DNA of 64,000 bases from Marinobacterium sp. (GCA_018623095.1 JAAZVX010000001.1:7725-71724); one strand, 5' to 3'. Numbered from the stretch's first letter, positions 39,781 through 50,044 are shown. Translations and numbers: made by a program. The notes: generated by a model not told the origin, from the letters alone.

Positions 39781-41025
39781 TTATTGGTCACTGCTTCTGT
39801 TGCCAGCCTCGATTTCGGGGGGAACGAGATGATCTCGGTTCCAAAGCGTCGGGTAGAGTGGAATCCAAAGCGCTACCAGGGCTAGGGTGCCAACGCCACC
39901 AAATAGGATTGAGGGAACGGCACCAAGCCAGGCTGCGAGTGCGCCCGACTCAAACTCACCCAGCTGGTTAGAGGTTGCTATAAAGAGTGAGTTAACCGCA
40001 CTGACCCGTCCGCGCATTTCATCGGGTGTTTCAACCTGAACCAGGGTCGATCGAATCACAACACTGACCATATCAGCGGCACCAAGAATAAATAGCGCAC
40101 TCAACGATAACCACATGACCTCAGAGAACCCGAAGGCGAGAGTGCCTAAACCAAAGACCCACACGGAAGCATAGAGCCAGCGCCCTGAGTGACGTTGAAT
40201 CGGATACTTCGCAAGCAGGATTGACATCGCGACGGCACCTGCCGCTGGCGCACTTCTCAACAGGCCTAAGCCTACAGAATCCGTTTGCAGAATATCATGC
40301 GCAATCATAGGCAGCAGCGCGGTCACACTGCCGATAAACACCGCCAAGGTATCGAGCATCATCGAACCCCAAACGGCTTTGTTGCGCCAGACGTGGACAA
40401 ACCCCTCAAATAACTCTTTACGACGCTGCTCGCTTCGGTCTTTTTTGATGGCGGTGTCTCTCATGCCAAACAGCGTCACAATAGAGATCAAGACGAACAG
40501 CATGCTGGCGGCATAGAGAGTGCCGGCCCCTAGAATATAGATGACACCCCCTAAGGCAGGGCCAATAATTGTAATGCTTTCACGAGCTGAAGCGGTCAGT
40601 GTCATTGCTTGGGTCAAAAGCTGGCGCGGAACCAGATTAGGCACCATCGCCTGTCCCGCAGGCATGCTGAATGTTCTAGAGACACCCAGCATGAAGCAGG
40701 CGATGTAGATGATCGATTCCGTAATGGTCTCCGTGAAGCTGGTGTAGGAGAGTGCACCAATAGTGACTAGTAGCAGTACTCGACTCCAGATCATAACCTT
40801 GTGTCGGTCGTATCGATCGGCCATATCGCCCGCGTGCAGGGTGAATAGAACCTGTGGCACATAACGTGCTAAACCGACCCAGCCAAGCGCCATGGCACTC
40901 TCGGTCATTAGGTATACCTGCCAACCCAAACCGATCAACATCATCTGTATCGCCATGCCTGAAGTTAGCTGGCTGGTTAGAAAACGGACAAATAACCCCT
41001 GTTTTAGTAGCTGGGGATTGCTCAT
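39781..41025 (-). CDS. MFS transporter (EntS/H+ antiporter-like)
   Basis: GDMADRYDRHK motif A variant, about 12 TM segments, TPDEMRGRV. Confidence 0.88.
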   Translation of the reverse strand: MSNPQLLKQGLFVRFLTSQLTSGMAIQMMLIGLGWQVYLMTESAMALGWVGLARYVPQVLFTLHAGDMADRYDRHKVMIWSRVLLLVTIGALSYTSFTETITESIIYIACFMLGVSRTFSMPAGQAMVPNLVPRQLLTQAMTLTASARESITIIGPALGGVIYILGAGTLYAASMLFVLISIVTLFGMRDTAIKKDRSEQRRKELFEGFVHVWRNKAVWGSMMLDTLAVFIGSVTALLPMIAHDILQTDSVGLGLLRSAPAAGAVAMSILLAKYPIQRHSGRWLYASVWVFGLGTLAFGFSEVMWLSLSALFILGAADMVSVVIRSTLVQVETPDEMRGRVSAVNSLFIATSNQLGEFESGALAAWLGAVPSILFGGVGTLALVALWIPLYPTLWNRDHLVPPEIEAGNRSSDQ

Positions 41026-41702
41026 AGATCTGAATCCTTAGAAGGATTTCTGGCCTCTTCATGGCTCTCTAATTTATGGCCTGCGTCGATAAATTTGGGC
41101 AGTCTTAAGTTACCGAAGATGGCGGCCAGTCGTATTAGGAAAATGACTAACATCGCCAGGTAGGAGAGAAGTGTTGGGTCTATGTAACCTTCGCCTAATA
41201 CAAATACCAGAGCACCCAGTATGGTACAGGTTGCGTAGAGCTCACCGTCGCCGCCCCCAAGGATCATTGGGTTTTCGTTGGTTAACACATCACGAATAAG
41301 GCCTCCAGCAACGGCTGTTATGCAGGCCATCATGACGACCAGTAGGGGCGATAGATCAGCCATCTGTGCCTTTTGTGCACCGATGATCGCAAACAGTGAT
41401 ATGCCGGCGGCATCAAAAATCAACAAAAGTCGACGCGGATAACGTAGGTAACGAGCTAGTATAAAGGTTACGAGACCAGCAATAAGAGCCGTTGAGATAT
41501 ACCAAGTCTCTTCCAGCCAAAAGATAGGGCCGTTGTTGATGGTTAGATCACGAATTGTACCACCACCGACCGCGGTCACAACGGCCAGTACCATCACGCC
41601 AAATATATCGATGCGCTTACCAGTAGCGGCTAGGGCGCCGGTGATTGCAAAGACAACCGTCCCTAGAAACTCGGCTACGAATAGTGGCTGACTCAACAAC
41701 AA
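41022..41702 (-). CDS. trimeric intracellular cation channel / UPF0126 (YadS-like) membrane protein
   Basis: Duplicated GGGTIRD / AGGLIRD motifs; FAITGA, DAAG. Confidence 0.88.
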   Translation of the reverse strand: MLLSQPLFVAEFLGTVVFAITGALAATGKRIDIFGVMVLAVVTAVGGGTIRDLTINNGPIFWLEETWYISTALIAGLVTFILARYLRYPRRLLLIFDAAGISLFAIIGAQKAQMADLSPLLVVMMACITAVAGGLIRDVLTNENPMILGGGDGELYATCTILGALVFVLGEGYIDPTLLSYLAMLVIFLIRLAAIFGNLRLPKFIDAGHKLESHEEARNPSKDSDL

Positions 41703-41829
41703 AAGCCTCCCTTTGCTCTCTTTGGATGCAAGCTTATCTGTGCGACAATCGGATTCATATTTCTATGGATCGGTGTTGGTATGAATTGTGCATTCTTTCA
41801 CTCAAATCATCCATGAGTAAAGGATCTAT

Positions 41830-43248
41830 TTGATTATGAAAATTTCTGAAGCGGGCGTTAAATTTGGTACCAGCGGCGTTCGAGGCCTGGTCAGCGAGCT
41901 AACCGATGAGGTCGCTTATGCCTTTGCTGCGGCATTTTGGCAAGCGGCAGGCCAGGGCGATCGAGTAGTCATTGGTCACGATCTGCGACCCTCTAGCCCA
42001 GACATTACCCGCGCATGCATGGCGGCAATGAGAGATTTAGGGATCGAGGTGATCTATGTCGGTGCGTTGGCGACGCCGGCGGTGGCTTACTTCGCATCTA
42101 AGATGCGAGCGCCTGCCATTGTGGTGACCGGCAGCCATATTCCTTTTGATCGTAACGGCATCAAGTTCTACAGCGTTGATGGCGAAATCAATAAAGCACA
42201 TGAGGAATTGATTTCATCGGCTGAGGTGGTGCTGCCTCAACCTGTAGAGTGTCCTGAGTTACCTAATATTGAGGCTGGCGCTAAGTCGGCTTACCTGTCA
42301 CGCTATCTCGACTATTTCGGTCAGGATCTATGCTCTGGTTTGAAGGTGGCTATCTATCAGCACTCCAGTGTCGCACGTGATCTATTGAGAGAGCTGTTCG
42401 AAGCGATGGGTGCTGAGGTGGTTGCCCTTGGCCGAACAGAGCAGTTTGTCCCGATTGATACTGAAGCGGTGCGAGCAGAGGATATTGAACAAGCTAAGTG
42501 TTGGGCGTCTGATGTTGGTTTTGATCTACTGGTCTCTACTGATGGTGATGCCGATCGCCCCTTAATCGCCGATGAGACAGGGACCTTCTTCCGCGGTGAT
42601 ATCCTAGGTGTCCTGACAGCAAAAGCGGTCGGCGCAGACACTGTCATTACACCCGTTAGTAGTAATACAGCATTGGAGTTGAGTGGTTGGTTTAAACAGA
42701 CCCTGCGTACTCGAATTGGTTCGCCTTATGTCATTGCTGGTATGGAGTCGGTCGCTGAGGGTGTCGTAGCTGGTTTTGAGGCGAACGGCGGGTTCTTGCT
42801 GGGCAGTGATGTTGTTCTGAACGGATCGACGCTCTCCACTCTTGCCACTCGTGATGCGGTACTGCCCATGCTAGCCGTAATCTACCTTGCCAAGCAGAAT
42901 CAGCTTAAGGCGAGTCAACTGACATTGGAGCTACCTGACCGATACACCGCATCGGATCGTATTCCGGGGATTGCGACTGAGTGGAGTCAGTCAATGTTGG
43001 GTCGTCTCGATGATGGGCAACTTCAATTTGAAGAGTTAATGCCTCGATGGCTAGGGGCTATTCGTTCGGTTGATCAAACGGATGGATATCGTGTCGATTT
43101 TGATACCGACACGATTGTACACCTGCGTCCCTCCGGAAATGCACCAGAGCTGCGTTGTTATGTTGAGATGGAGAGTGAACAAGAGGCGACTGAACTCTGC
43201 CACTCAGTTCTCAACAAGGTTGAACAACTATTTAAAGCCGAGGCTTAG
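41830..43248 (+). CDS. phosphomannomutase/phosphoglucomutase
   Basis: FGTSGVRG, TGSHIP..RNGIK (phosphoserine), DGDADRP metal loop, GFEANGG, HLRPSGNAPELRCY. Confidence 0.92.
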   Translation: MIMKISEAGVKFGTSGVRGLVSELTDEVAYAFAAAFWQAAGQGDRVVIGHDLRPSSPDITRACMAAMRDLGIEVIYVGALATPAVAYFASKMRAPAIVVTGSHIPFDRNGIKFYSVDGEINKAHEELISSAEVVLPQPVECPELPNIEAGAKSAYLSRYLDYFGQDLCSGLKVAIYQHSSVARDLLRELFEAMGAEVVALGRTEQFVPIDTEAVRAEDIEQAKCWASDVGFDLLVSTDGDADRPLIADETGTFFRGDILGVLTAKAVGADTVITPVSSNTALELSGWFKQTLRTRIGSPYVIAGMESVAEGVVAGFEANGGFLLGSDVVLNGSTLSTLATRDAVLPMLAVIYLAKQNQLKASQLTLELPDRYTASDRIPGIATEWSQSMLGRLDDGQLQFEELMPRWLGAIRSVDQTDGYRVDFDTDTIVHLRPSGNAPELRCYVEMESEQEATELCHSVLNKVEQLFKAEA

Positions 43249-44034
43249 ATGCTAAATTTTGCTGCTAACCTATCGTTTCTATTTACAGATCAACCCTTTC
43301 TAGAGCGTTTTGTTGCGGCAAAAAAGGCTGGTTTTGATTCGGTCGAGTATCTTTTCCCCTACGACTACCCTGCAGAACAGATTAGAGACGTTTTAAATGA
43401 GTCTGGTTTGGAGCAGGCACTTTTTAATGCTTCTGCCGGTGATTGGGGTGCTGGTGAACGTGGTCTGGCTGCACTGGTCGGTCGCGAATCTGAGTTTAAA
43501 GCCTCGATTGAACAGGCGGCTTCTTATGCTGAGGTGCTGGGCAATCGACGTCTGCATATTATGTCAGGATTGGCCGATTTCTCGGATCCAAAGGCATTTG
43601 AAACCTATCTAAGCAATATTAGCTGGGCGGCCGATCAACTGAACTTAGTAGGCATCAACGCTTTAATTGAGCCGATCAACACTCGTGATATGCCGGGCTA
43701 CTTTTTAACGACACCTGAGCAAGCTGCAGAGGTTATTCAGTCGGTCAATCGTGCCAATTTAAAGATGCAGTTTGATCTCTACCATGCGCAAATCATGTGC
43801 GGCGATCTCATTACCCGTTTAGAGCGATATTGGTTTCTGATCGACCACATTCAGATTGCATCTGTGCCCGATCGTAATGAGCCCTCAAGCGGTGAAGTTA
43901 ACTATCCTTATCTCTTCAATTGGCTCGATCAAAAAGGGTATCAAGGGTTCATCGGTTGCGAATATCGACCTAAAACAACCACTTTAGAGGGGTTGGATTG
44001 GTTATCTGTCTTCAAAAGGTCATTCAATGGATAA
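43249..44034 (+). CDS. hydroxypyruvate isomerase family protein (2-oxo-tetronate isomerase OtnI-like)
   Basis: FAANLSFLF, EPINTRDMPGYFL, DLYHAQI, HIQIASVPDRNEP, GCEYRP. Confidence 0.85.
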   Translation: MLNFAANLSFLFTDQPFLERFVAAKKAGFDSVEYLFPYDYPAEQIRDVLNESGLEQALFNASAGDWGAGERGLAALVGRESEFKASIEQAASYAEVLGNRRLHIMSGLADFSDPKAFETYLSNISWAADQLNLVGINALIEPINTRDMPGYFLTTPEQAAEVIQSVNRANLKMQFDLYHAQIMCGDLITRLERYWFLIDHIQIASVPDRNEPSSGEVNYPYLFNWLDQKGYQGFIGCEYRPKTTTLEGLDWLSVFKRSFNG

Positions 44035-44971
44035 ACCCAAGGCGCTCCTTGTCGCCGGCATCAGCACCGAACTCAAAAGCCTTTTGGCAGAGGTGGTTGA
44101 ACTGGTTCCGCTCAATAAACAGGGTGATACGACTCGCTACCTATCGGAGCAGGGTGCTGCTTTTGAGCTGGTTATTACCAGTGCCGGTAAAGGTTGTGCA
44201 AATGAGTTAATGGAGCAGCTGCCCAACCTTAAAGTGATCTTTAACTGGGGAGTAGGCTATGACAAAGTGGATGTCGAGTTTGCGACTTCACGCAACGTGC
44301 AAGTGACCAATACACCGAATGTGCTTAATGAGTGTGTAGCAGATATGGCGATTGGGATGCTGATCGCTCAAGCGCGTTGTATCGGTGAGGCTGAACGATT
44401 TGTTCGTCGCGGTGAGTGGCTTATCAATCCAACGCCACCCATGGGGCAAAAAGTCACCGGCAAACGTTTAGGCATTGTTGGATTAGGGCGCATTGGATTG
44501 GAGGCAGCAAAGAGAGCCGCGGCGTTCTCAATGCAGATTAAATACTGCAATCGAAACCCTAGAGATGACGTTGATTACCCTTATGAGTCGTCCATCCTTG
44601 AGTTGGCTAAATGGTCTGACTACCTGTTGCTGCTCTGTCCAAGTACGCCAGAAACCCATCAGATAATCGATCGAGACGTCTTAAAAGCATTGGGGCCGAA
44701 AAGTTCGTTGATCAATATTGCACGCGGTGCAGTAGTGGATCAGAAGGCACTTGTCGATCTTTTGTTGTCAGGTGAGTTAGGCGGCGCGGCGTTGGACGTC
44801 TTTGAGAAAGAGCCTGAGGTACCAAAGGCGATCATGGATCTACCGAATGTATTGTTATTACCACACGTGGGTAGCGCTACATTTGAAACCAGAACGGCAA
44901 TGGCTCAGCTAGTTGTCGATAATGTTAGGGCTTATATCGAATCAGGAAGTCTGGTTACGCCCGTCAACTAG
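44027..44971 (+). CDS. D-isomer 2-hydroxyacid dehydrogenase (glyoxylate/hydroxypyruvate reductase-like)
   Basis: GVGYD, GIVGLGRIG, INIARG, LDVFEKEP, LPHVGSAT. Confidence 0.9.
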   Translation: MDKPKALLVAGISTELKSLLAEVVELVPLNKQGDTTRYLSEQGAAFELVITSAGKGCANELMEQLPNLKVIFNWGVGYDKVDVEFATSRNVQVTNTPNVLNECVADMAIGMLIAQARCIGEAERFVRRGEWLINPTPPMGQKVTGKRLGIVGLGRIGLEAAKRAAAFSMQIKYCNRNPRDDVDYPYESSILELAKWSDYLLLLCPSTPETHQIIDRDVLKALGPKSSLINIARGAVVDQKALVDLLLSGELGGAALDVFEKEPEVPKAIMDLPNVLLLPHVGSATFETRTAMAQLVVDNVRAYIESGSLVTPVN

Positions 44972-45741
44972 TCCAGTAGGTAAACGCTAGTAAAGAACCA
45001 TAGAGTGATGGCGGTGCTGGCAAAAATGATCGCCACTCTAACCCAGCTGTTAGGAATTCTCTTAGAAACGACCCCTGCTGCATAGCCTCCAATCAATGTG
45101 CCAACCAGCAGTATCAGTGTTTCGTTCCAGCTAATCAGATCATTGATCAAGAACAGCACAATGGCGCAACCTGATATGGTCGATGAGTAGAGCAGTTTGA
45201 GGGCATTCATCTCATTAACCGAGCGGTAACCTGCTAAGCTGCAGTAACTCAGCAGTAATATCCCCAGTCCTGCATTAAAAAATCCACCGTAGATCGATAC
45301 GCCTACAAACAGCAGGGTAAATAACCCGTTTTGAGCTTTATCGATGTGGCGATGTTTTTCACTCCACTTTTGTAATGTCTTATTAAACTGCCCGCCAAAA
45401 ATAAATAGCAGAGTCGCGAAAAGCAGTAGCCAAGGAATGGCTTTTTCAAATTCACTGTTCGAGGTTTGTGTTAATAGGTAAGCGCCAATTATTCCACCGA
45501 TCGCAGAGATAAAAGAGAATATTAGAAGTTTTTTAGGTGAATCTTTTATCTCTTGTCGAAGCGCATAAGTGCCTGAAAGATAGCCGGCAGTTGCAGCAAA
45601 GGTGTTGCTTGCATTGGCGATGACAGGTGGAACTCCAACCGCAATTAGAGCGGGGAAAGTAATAAAACTTCCCCCGCCGGCGAGAGAGTTAACAATGCCC
45701 CCTAAAATACCTGCAGCGGCAAGAAATAGAATGTCGTCCAA
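44968..45741 (-). CDS. TauE/SafE family sulfite exporter
   Basis: NSLAGGGSFITFP, YGGFFNAGLG. The start is placed at TTG 45741, 2 nt after the dsbB-like stop. Confidence 0.85.
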   Translation of the reverse strand: MDDILFLAAAGILGGIVNSLAGGGSFITFPALIAVGVPPVIANASNTFAATAGYLSGTYALRQEIKDSPKKLLIFSFISAIGGIIGAYLLTQTSNSEFEKAIPWLLLFATLLFIFGGQFNKTLQKWSEKHRHIDKAQNGLFTLLFVGVSIYGGFFNAGLGILLLSYCSLAGYRSVNEMNALKLLYSSTISGCAIVLFLINDLISWNETLILLVGTLIGGYAAGVVSKRIPNSWVRVAIIFASTAITLWFFTSVYLLD

Positions 45742-45743
45742 TG

Positions 45744-46241
45744 TTAGTTGCTCTTCAACTGGGTAATTAGGTGCCAAACAGAGAGTGCAAAAGAGACCGT
45801 AGCTGTGACAATAAGGACCTCAGCCATAGTGATGCCTTTTATAATCTCTGGCGTATAGCCACATAGTTCCCATGGCTCGAACATGGCTGGGAGCCAAAGG
45901 TGAAGAGGTAGCCAGCTTGGGAATGGGTCGCTTAGGGTGCAGCTGCTCTCAAACCAATAACGCTCGATACCCAGAACTTGGTAGCTCTGATAGAGCAGTA
46001 GAGCCATAAGTGCCAACAGCAAAAAGGCGAGTAGCAACTGTACTGAGCGCGCAGTGAAGAGCTTGCCAGTAACCGCTAGAATGAAAGCACCGAACAGTGT
46101 GGCACGTATCTGCACGCAGAGTGTACAGGGGCCGTAGTCGAGTAGGTATTGAAACACTAAGGCGCCTGCCTCAAGGCATAACGCAAGTATAAGGGTGTAG
46201 CTCCAGATGAGCGGTTTTGGAGATTCTCTGAATTTAAACAT
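45744..46241 (-). CDS. disulfide bond formation protein DsbB family
   Basis: PCTLCVQIR CxxC plus a second periplasmic Cys pair (SSC...ELC); PSWLPLHLWLP. Confidence 0.85.
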   Translation of the reverse strand: MFKFRESPKPLIWSYTLILALCLEAGALVFQYLLDYGPCTLCVQIRATLFGAFILAVTGKLFTARSVQLLLAFLLLALMALLLYQSYQVLGIERYWFESSCTLSDPFPSWLPLHLWLPAMFEPWELCGYTPEIIKGITMAEVLIVTATVSFALSVWHLITQLKSN

Positions 46242-46381
46242 AGCTTCTTTTGATGGATATTTATTGAAGGATTCTAATCCTCTTTTTATTCGCTGTCGCC
46301 ATTTAACATGAGATCGATTGAAATTTACTTTAATGGATTTAATCCGGGATTAATTTAAAATAAAGGCCATTTTTTAATGGG

Positions 46382-46409
46382 TTGCATTTTTTAAATTAAT
46401 TTTTATATT
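46382..46409 (+). promoter_or_regulatory. candidate sigma70 promoter of hns in a very AT-rich region
   Basis: TTGCAT-16 bp-TATATT. Confidence 0.45.
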
Positions 46410-46482
46410 GAGTAAACCATTTAATCTTATATATTATGTGTCAGTTAAATAAATCTCGGTATCCATTTCATATTAGGAATTA

Positions 46483-46887
46483 ATGATGAGCGATTTTATT
46501 AAAACTCTTTTACGCAAAAACTCTCTTCGTAAACAGTGCCAATCGGTTGGCGTTGATGAAATTGAAAAAGTCATTGCTGATCTTACGGATATTCTAGAGG
46601 AGCGTCGTGCAGAAGAGGCTGCTTTGCGTGAGCAAAACCGTGCGAAGCTAGAAGCTATTGAAGCGATTCGTCAGAAGATGCGTGAAGCAGGTATCGCTCT
46701 TGATGAGTTAACCGGCATTGCTGAGTCAGCACCTAAATCTCGCAAAGAGGTAAAAGCTAAGTATCAAATTACCGATGCTAACGGCGAGAAACACACTTGG
46801 ACTGGTCGTGGTCGTACGCCATCTGTCTTTGCTGAATACATGGCCTCTCGGGGTATTACAAAAGATCAGCTGCCGACCCTTTATTGA
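46483..46887 (+). CDS. H-NS family nucleoid protein
   Basis: N-terminal oligomerisation helix; C-terminal AKY...TWTGRGRTP DNA-binding motif. Confidence 0.93.
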   Translation: MMSDFIKTLLRKNSLRKQCQSVGVDEIEKVIADLTDILEERRAEEAALREQNRAKLEAIEAIRQKMREAGIALDELTGIAESAPKSRKEVKAKYQITDANGEKHTWTGRGRTPSVFAEYMASRGITKDQLPTLY

Positions 46888-46909
46888 TATATAATGCACG
46901 AATGAGTGA

Positions 46910-46935
46910 AGGCCCTTCCTCGGAAGGGTCTTTTT
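46910..46935 (+). terminator. rho-independent terminator of hns
   Basis: aggcccttcc/ggaagggtct stem followed by a T-tract. Confidence 0.75.
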
Positions 46936-46962
46936 GTTTCTATGTTTTGAGGTTGCGTCCGC

Positions 46963-47856
46963 ATGTCTGATGAAAAATTGCAAAAAGTGTTGGCGCGCTC
47001 CGGTGTAGGCTCACGTCGTGAGATGGAGCGTTGGATCGAAGAGGGTCGCGTCGAAGTAAACGGCACATTGGCGACTCTTGGTGATCGTGTTACTGCTGAA
47101 GATGAAATTAAGGTCGACGGCAAATTAATTGAATTGAATACAGCGGGCAATCAAACCGCTCGTGTTCTTATTTACAATAAGCCCATTGGCGAAGTCTGCA
47201 CGCGCCATGACCCTGAGGGTAGACCGACCGTCTTTGATAACCTACCAAAGCTTAAATCTGAGCGTTGGGTGGCTATTGGGCGTCTGGATATCAACACATC
47301 GGGTCTACTGGTCTTTACCACCGATGGTGAGATTGCCAACAAGATGATGCACCCCTCCAGCAACATTGACCGTGAGTATGCGGTTCGTGTGCTAGGTGAT
47401 GTCAGTGATGCCGTTCTTAAGCGCCTAACCGACGGTGTGCTGCTGGAAGACGGCATGGCTAAATTTACTGACGTTCGTTACTTCAACGGCGAGGGGGCCA
47501 ATAAATGGTTCCACTGTTGTGTAATGGAAGGACGTAATCGTGAAGTGCGTAGGCTCTGGGAGTCGCAGGAGCTACAAGTTAACCGACTGAAGCGTGTCCG
47601 TTTCGGACCGGTATTTCTACCCAGTGACGTTAAAGTGGGTACTTGGCGAGAGCTTGGTCAGAAAGAGGTCGATATTCTGACCGATGAGCTGATGCTTGAA
47701 CGTCGAAAGGTCCCTGCTGTTAACCCGGAGGAGCTTGAGCGTAAGGAGCGTGAGTTTAAACGCCAAAAAATACGTCAAAGTACCGACTATAACCGAGACT
47801 CAGCGCGACAGGATCGCCGTAAGCGTAAAGTTCGCGTTGTCGGTAAGCGCGGCTAA
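46963..47856 (+). CDS. rluB: 23S rRNA pseudouridine(2605) synthase RluB
   Basis: S4 domain EKLQKVLARSGVGSRRE; GRLDINTSGLL catalytic Asp; EGRNREVRRLWE. Confidence 0.93.
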   Translation: MSDEKLQKVLARSGVGSRREMERWIEEGRVEVNGTLATLGDRVTAEDEIKVDGKLIELNTAGNQTARVLIYNKPIGEVCTRHDPEGRPTVFDNLPKLKSERWVAIGRLDINTSGLLVFTTDGEIANKMMHPSSNIDREYAVRVLGDVSDAVLKRLTDGVLLEDGMAKFTDVRYFNGEGANKWFHCCVMEGRNREVRRLWESQELQVNRLKRVRFGPVFLPSDVKVGTWRELGQKEVDILTDELMLERRKVPAVNPEELERKEREFKRQKIRQSTDYNRDSARQDRRKRKVRVVGKRG

Positions 47857-47863
47857 TTGTAGA

Positions 47864-47888
47864 GAGGTCTAACCTTCGGTTTGACCTC
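47864..47888. repeat. REP-like palindrome, copy 2 (inverted relative to copy 1)
   Basis: Reverse complement gaggtcAaacc-gaa-ggttAgacctc; 17/23 identical to 893-915, with compensatory stem changes. Confidence 0.55.
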
Positions 47889-47895
47889 GTTTTCT

Positions 47896-48663
47896 CTAGC
47901 TAAAATCCTTAGCTGACAGTGCACCTTGTGCATCTATGTTCTGTCCATTGACCCCGTTGCTATCTGGCCCCATCAGAAATAGGTACGCCGGTTGGATATC
48001 GTCGGGTGTTGCAATAGTGCTTGGATCCTCTGCTGGGTAAGCGTAAGCGCGCATAGCGGTAGCGGTGCCGCCTGGGTTGATGGCGTTGATGCGGATGCTC
48101 GGGTCGTTCTCCAGTTCATCGGCAAGCGTTTCCATCAGACCAAGCGTGGCAAATTTAGAGACACAGTAGGCGCCCCAGTATGCACGTCCCTTGGTTGCGA
48201 CACCGGACGTCACAAAAATCACCGAGGCGTCCTCGGACTGTCTAAGAAGGGGCATCAGTGTTTGGGTCAGTATGAAGGGTGCGTTGACGTTCACGCGCAT
48301 GACCTGTTCCCAGATGATTGGGTCGTAATTTTCGATCGAGGTTCTTAACCCAATGATGCCTGCATTATGCAAGATGCCATCCAGTTTGCCGAAGGTCTCA
48401 TCCAGAAGGTTAGCGAGTTCAATGTAGTCAGGTTCGGCCGCTTTATCGAAATCGATCGGTACGATAGCTGGTTGATTACAACCTAATGCCTCTATCTCAT
48501 CATAGACGGCCTCAAGTTTCTCCTCAGTGCGCCCGGCTAAAATGACGGTCGCACCCGCTTTGGCGTAAGCGATGGCTGATGCTTTGCCAATGCCATCACC
48601 GGCGCCGGTCACCAAAATGGTTCTCCCTTCAAGAAGTTGCTTCGGAGCGTTGTACTTAAACAT
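47896..48663 (-). CDS. yciK: YciK family short-chain oxidoreductase
   Basis: TGAGDGIG, HNAG, YWGAYCVSK (YxxxK), INPGGTAT..RAYAYPAED. Confidence 0.9.
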   Translation of the reverse strand: MFKYNAPKQLLEGRTILVTGAGDGIGKASAIAYAKAGATVILAGRTEEKLEAVYDEIEALGCNQPAIVPIDFDKAAEPDYIELANLLDETFGKLDGILHNAGIIGLRTSIENYDPIIWEQVMRVNVNAPFILTQTLMPLLRQSEDASVIFVTSGVATKGRAYWGAYCVSKFATLGLMETLADELENDPSIRINAINPGGTATAMRAYAYPAEDPSTIATPDDIQPAYLFLMGPDSNGVNGQNIDAQGALSAKDFS

Positions 48664-48665
48664 TG

Positions 48666-49331
48666 CTAGACCTTTTGAATAAATTGTTCTTTAAGAAACG
48701 AGAGGAGACTCTCAGAATCATGAAGTGTATGTGTCGCTTGCCAATCTCGGTAATCCTCTCCCTCAGCTAAATAACCGAAGGTGCAGGCTACTGTAGGGGT
48801 ACCTGCCGCTTTTCCAGCGACGATATCGCGAATGTGGTCGCCAAAATAGAGCGAGTGTTCAGCTTTGGCATTAATGCTTTTTAGTGCTTTGATGATCCCT
48901 TCAGGGTCAGGCTTGGATTGGCTGACATCCTCTGGGCAGATGCAGACGCTACAGCGGTTCGTCAGTTGAAGCTGTTCAAGCACAATGTCTGTCAATTCAC
49001 GGGGTTTGTTCGTCACAATGCCCCAAGGAATTCTCTGCTCTTCAAGCCAGAATAAGGCCTTGTTAAATCCTGGGAATAGATCGCCACTCTCGACAGGGTT
49101 GCTTCTGTAAAGGGCAAGGAATTCATTGTGAAGCTCTGTTTCATTGGCAATGAACTGCTCAGGGAAAGCGGCTTTTAGCATCGGTTTGCCACCGTTAGAG
49201 GCGTTGTCCCTAATCAGTTGGTAATCGGGTTGGGTGAAACCGTGGATCAGTGCCTGGTCGCAGATGATGCGATAAAAATCAGGTGCTGTATCCAATAGTG
49301 TGCCGTCTAAATCAAATAGTGCAGATCTCAT
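48666..49331 (-). CDS. HAD-IA phosphatase (MupP/Gph-like)
   Basis: [28 protein letters not shown]; the position between ubiG and yciK matches Pseudomonas mupP. Confidence 0.8.
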   Translation of the reverse strand: MRSALFDLDGTLLDTAPDFYRIICDQALIHGFTQPDYQLIRDNASNGGKPMLKAAFPEQFIANETELHNEFLALYRSNPVESGDLFPGFNKALFWLEEQRIPWGIVTNKPRELTDIVLEQLQLTNRCSVCICPEDVSQSKPDPEGIIKALKSINAKAEHSLYFGDHIRDIVAGKAAGTPTVACTFGYLAEGEDYRDWQATHTLHDSESLLSFLKEQFIQKV

Positions 49332-50044
49332 AAAGGCTTGGTCGCTGCCACCAGGTAGTTAACACTGACGTCATCTGCATCCAGTGCGTACACTTTGGTC
49401 AGTGGGTTATAGGTCATGCCCGATAAGTCATCGACTTCCAGTCCGGCCGCGCGCATATGGTTGGCTAGCTCAGCTGGGCGGATGAACTTATCAAAGTCAT
49501 GGGTGCCGTTAGGAACCAGTTTCAGTAAGCGTTCTGCACCTAAGATGGCAAACAGGTAGGCTTTCGGATTGCGATTCAGTGTAGAGAAGAAAACCCGCCC
49601 ACCAGGTTTGGTGAGAGCGGCACAGGCTTTAACAACGGATGCGGGGTCAGGTACGTGCTCAAGCATCTCCATGCAGGTGACCACATCAAACTGTTCAGGG
49701 TTCTGTTCTGCGAACTCTTCCGCTGTTGTGCGTGTGTAATCGACTTTCACACCAGACTCAAGACCATGTAACTTGGCAATTTTCAGCGGTGCTTCACCCA
49801 TATCGATTCCGCTAACGGATGCGCCACGATGCGCCATTGCCTCCGATAAAATGCCGCCGCCACAACCTACATCCAGCACCGTTTTACCGGCAAGGTCAGC
49901 ATGACGATCAATGTAACCCACTCGCAGCGGGTTGATGTCGTGAAGGGGTTTGAACTCACTCTCTTTGTCCCACCAACGTGATGCTAACTCTTCAAATTTA
50001 GAGATCTCTTGCGGGTCAATGTTCTGGTTTGTGTGATCGGTCAT
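49328..50044 (-). CDS. ubiG: 3-demethylubiquinone-9 3-O-methyltransferase
   Basis: [48 protein letters not shown]. Confidence 0.96.
   Translation of the reverse strand: MTDHTNQNIDPQEISKFEELASRWWDKESEFKPLHDINPLRVGYIDRHADLAGKTVLDVGCGGGILSEAMAHRGASVSGIDMGEAPLKIAKLHGLESGVKVDYTRTTAEEFAEQNPEQFDVVTCMEMLEHVPDPASVVKACAALTKPGGRVFFSTLNRNPKAYLFAILGAERLLKLVPNGTHDFDKFIRPAELANHMRAAGLEVDDLSGMTYNPLTKVYALDADDVSVNYLVAATKPL

Noticed and set aside
41703-41829. Glycine riboswitch upstream of the UPF0126 transporter
   Set aside because: The conserved GGAGA...CCGAAG...CTCAGG aptamer elements are absent on both strands.
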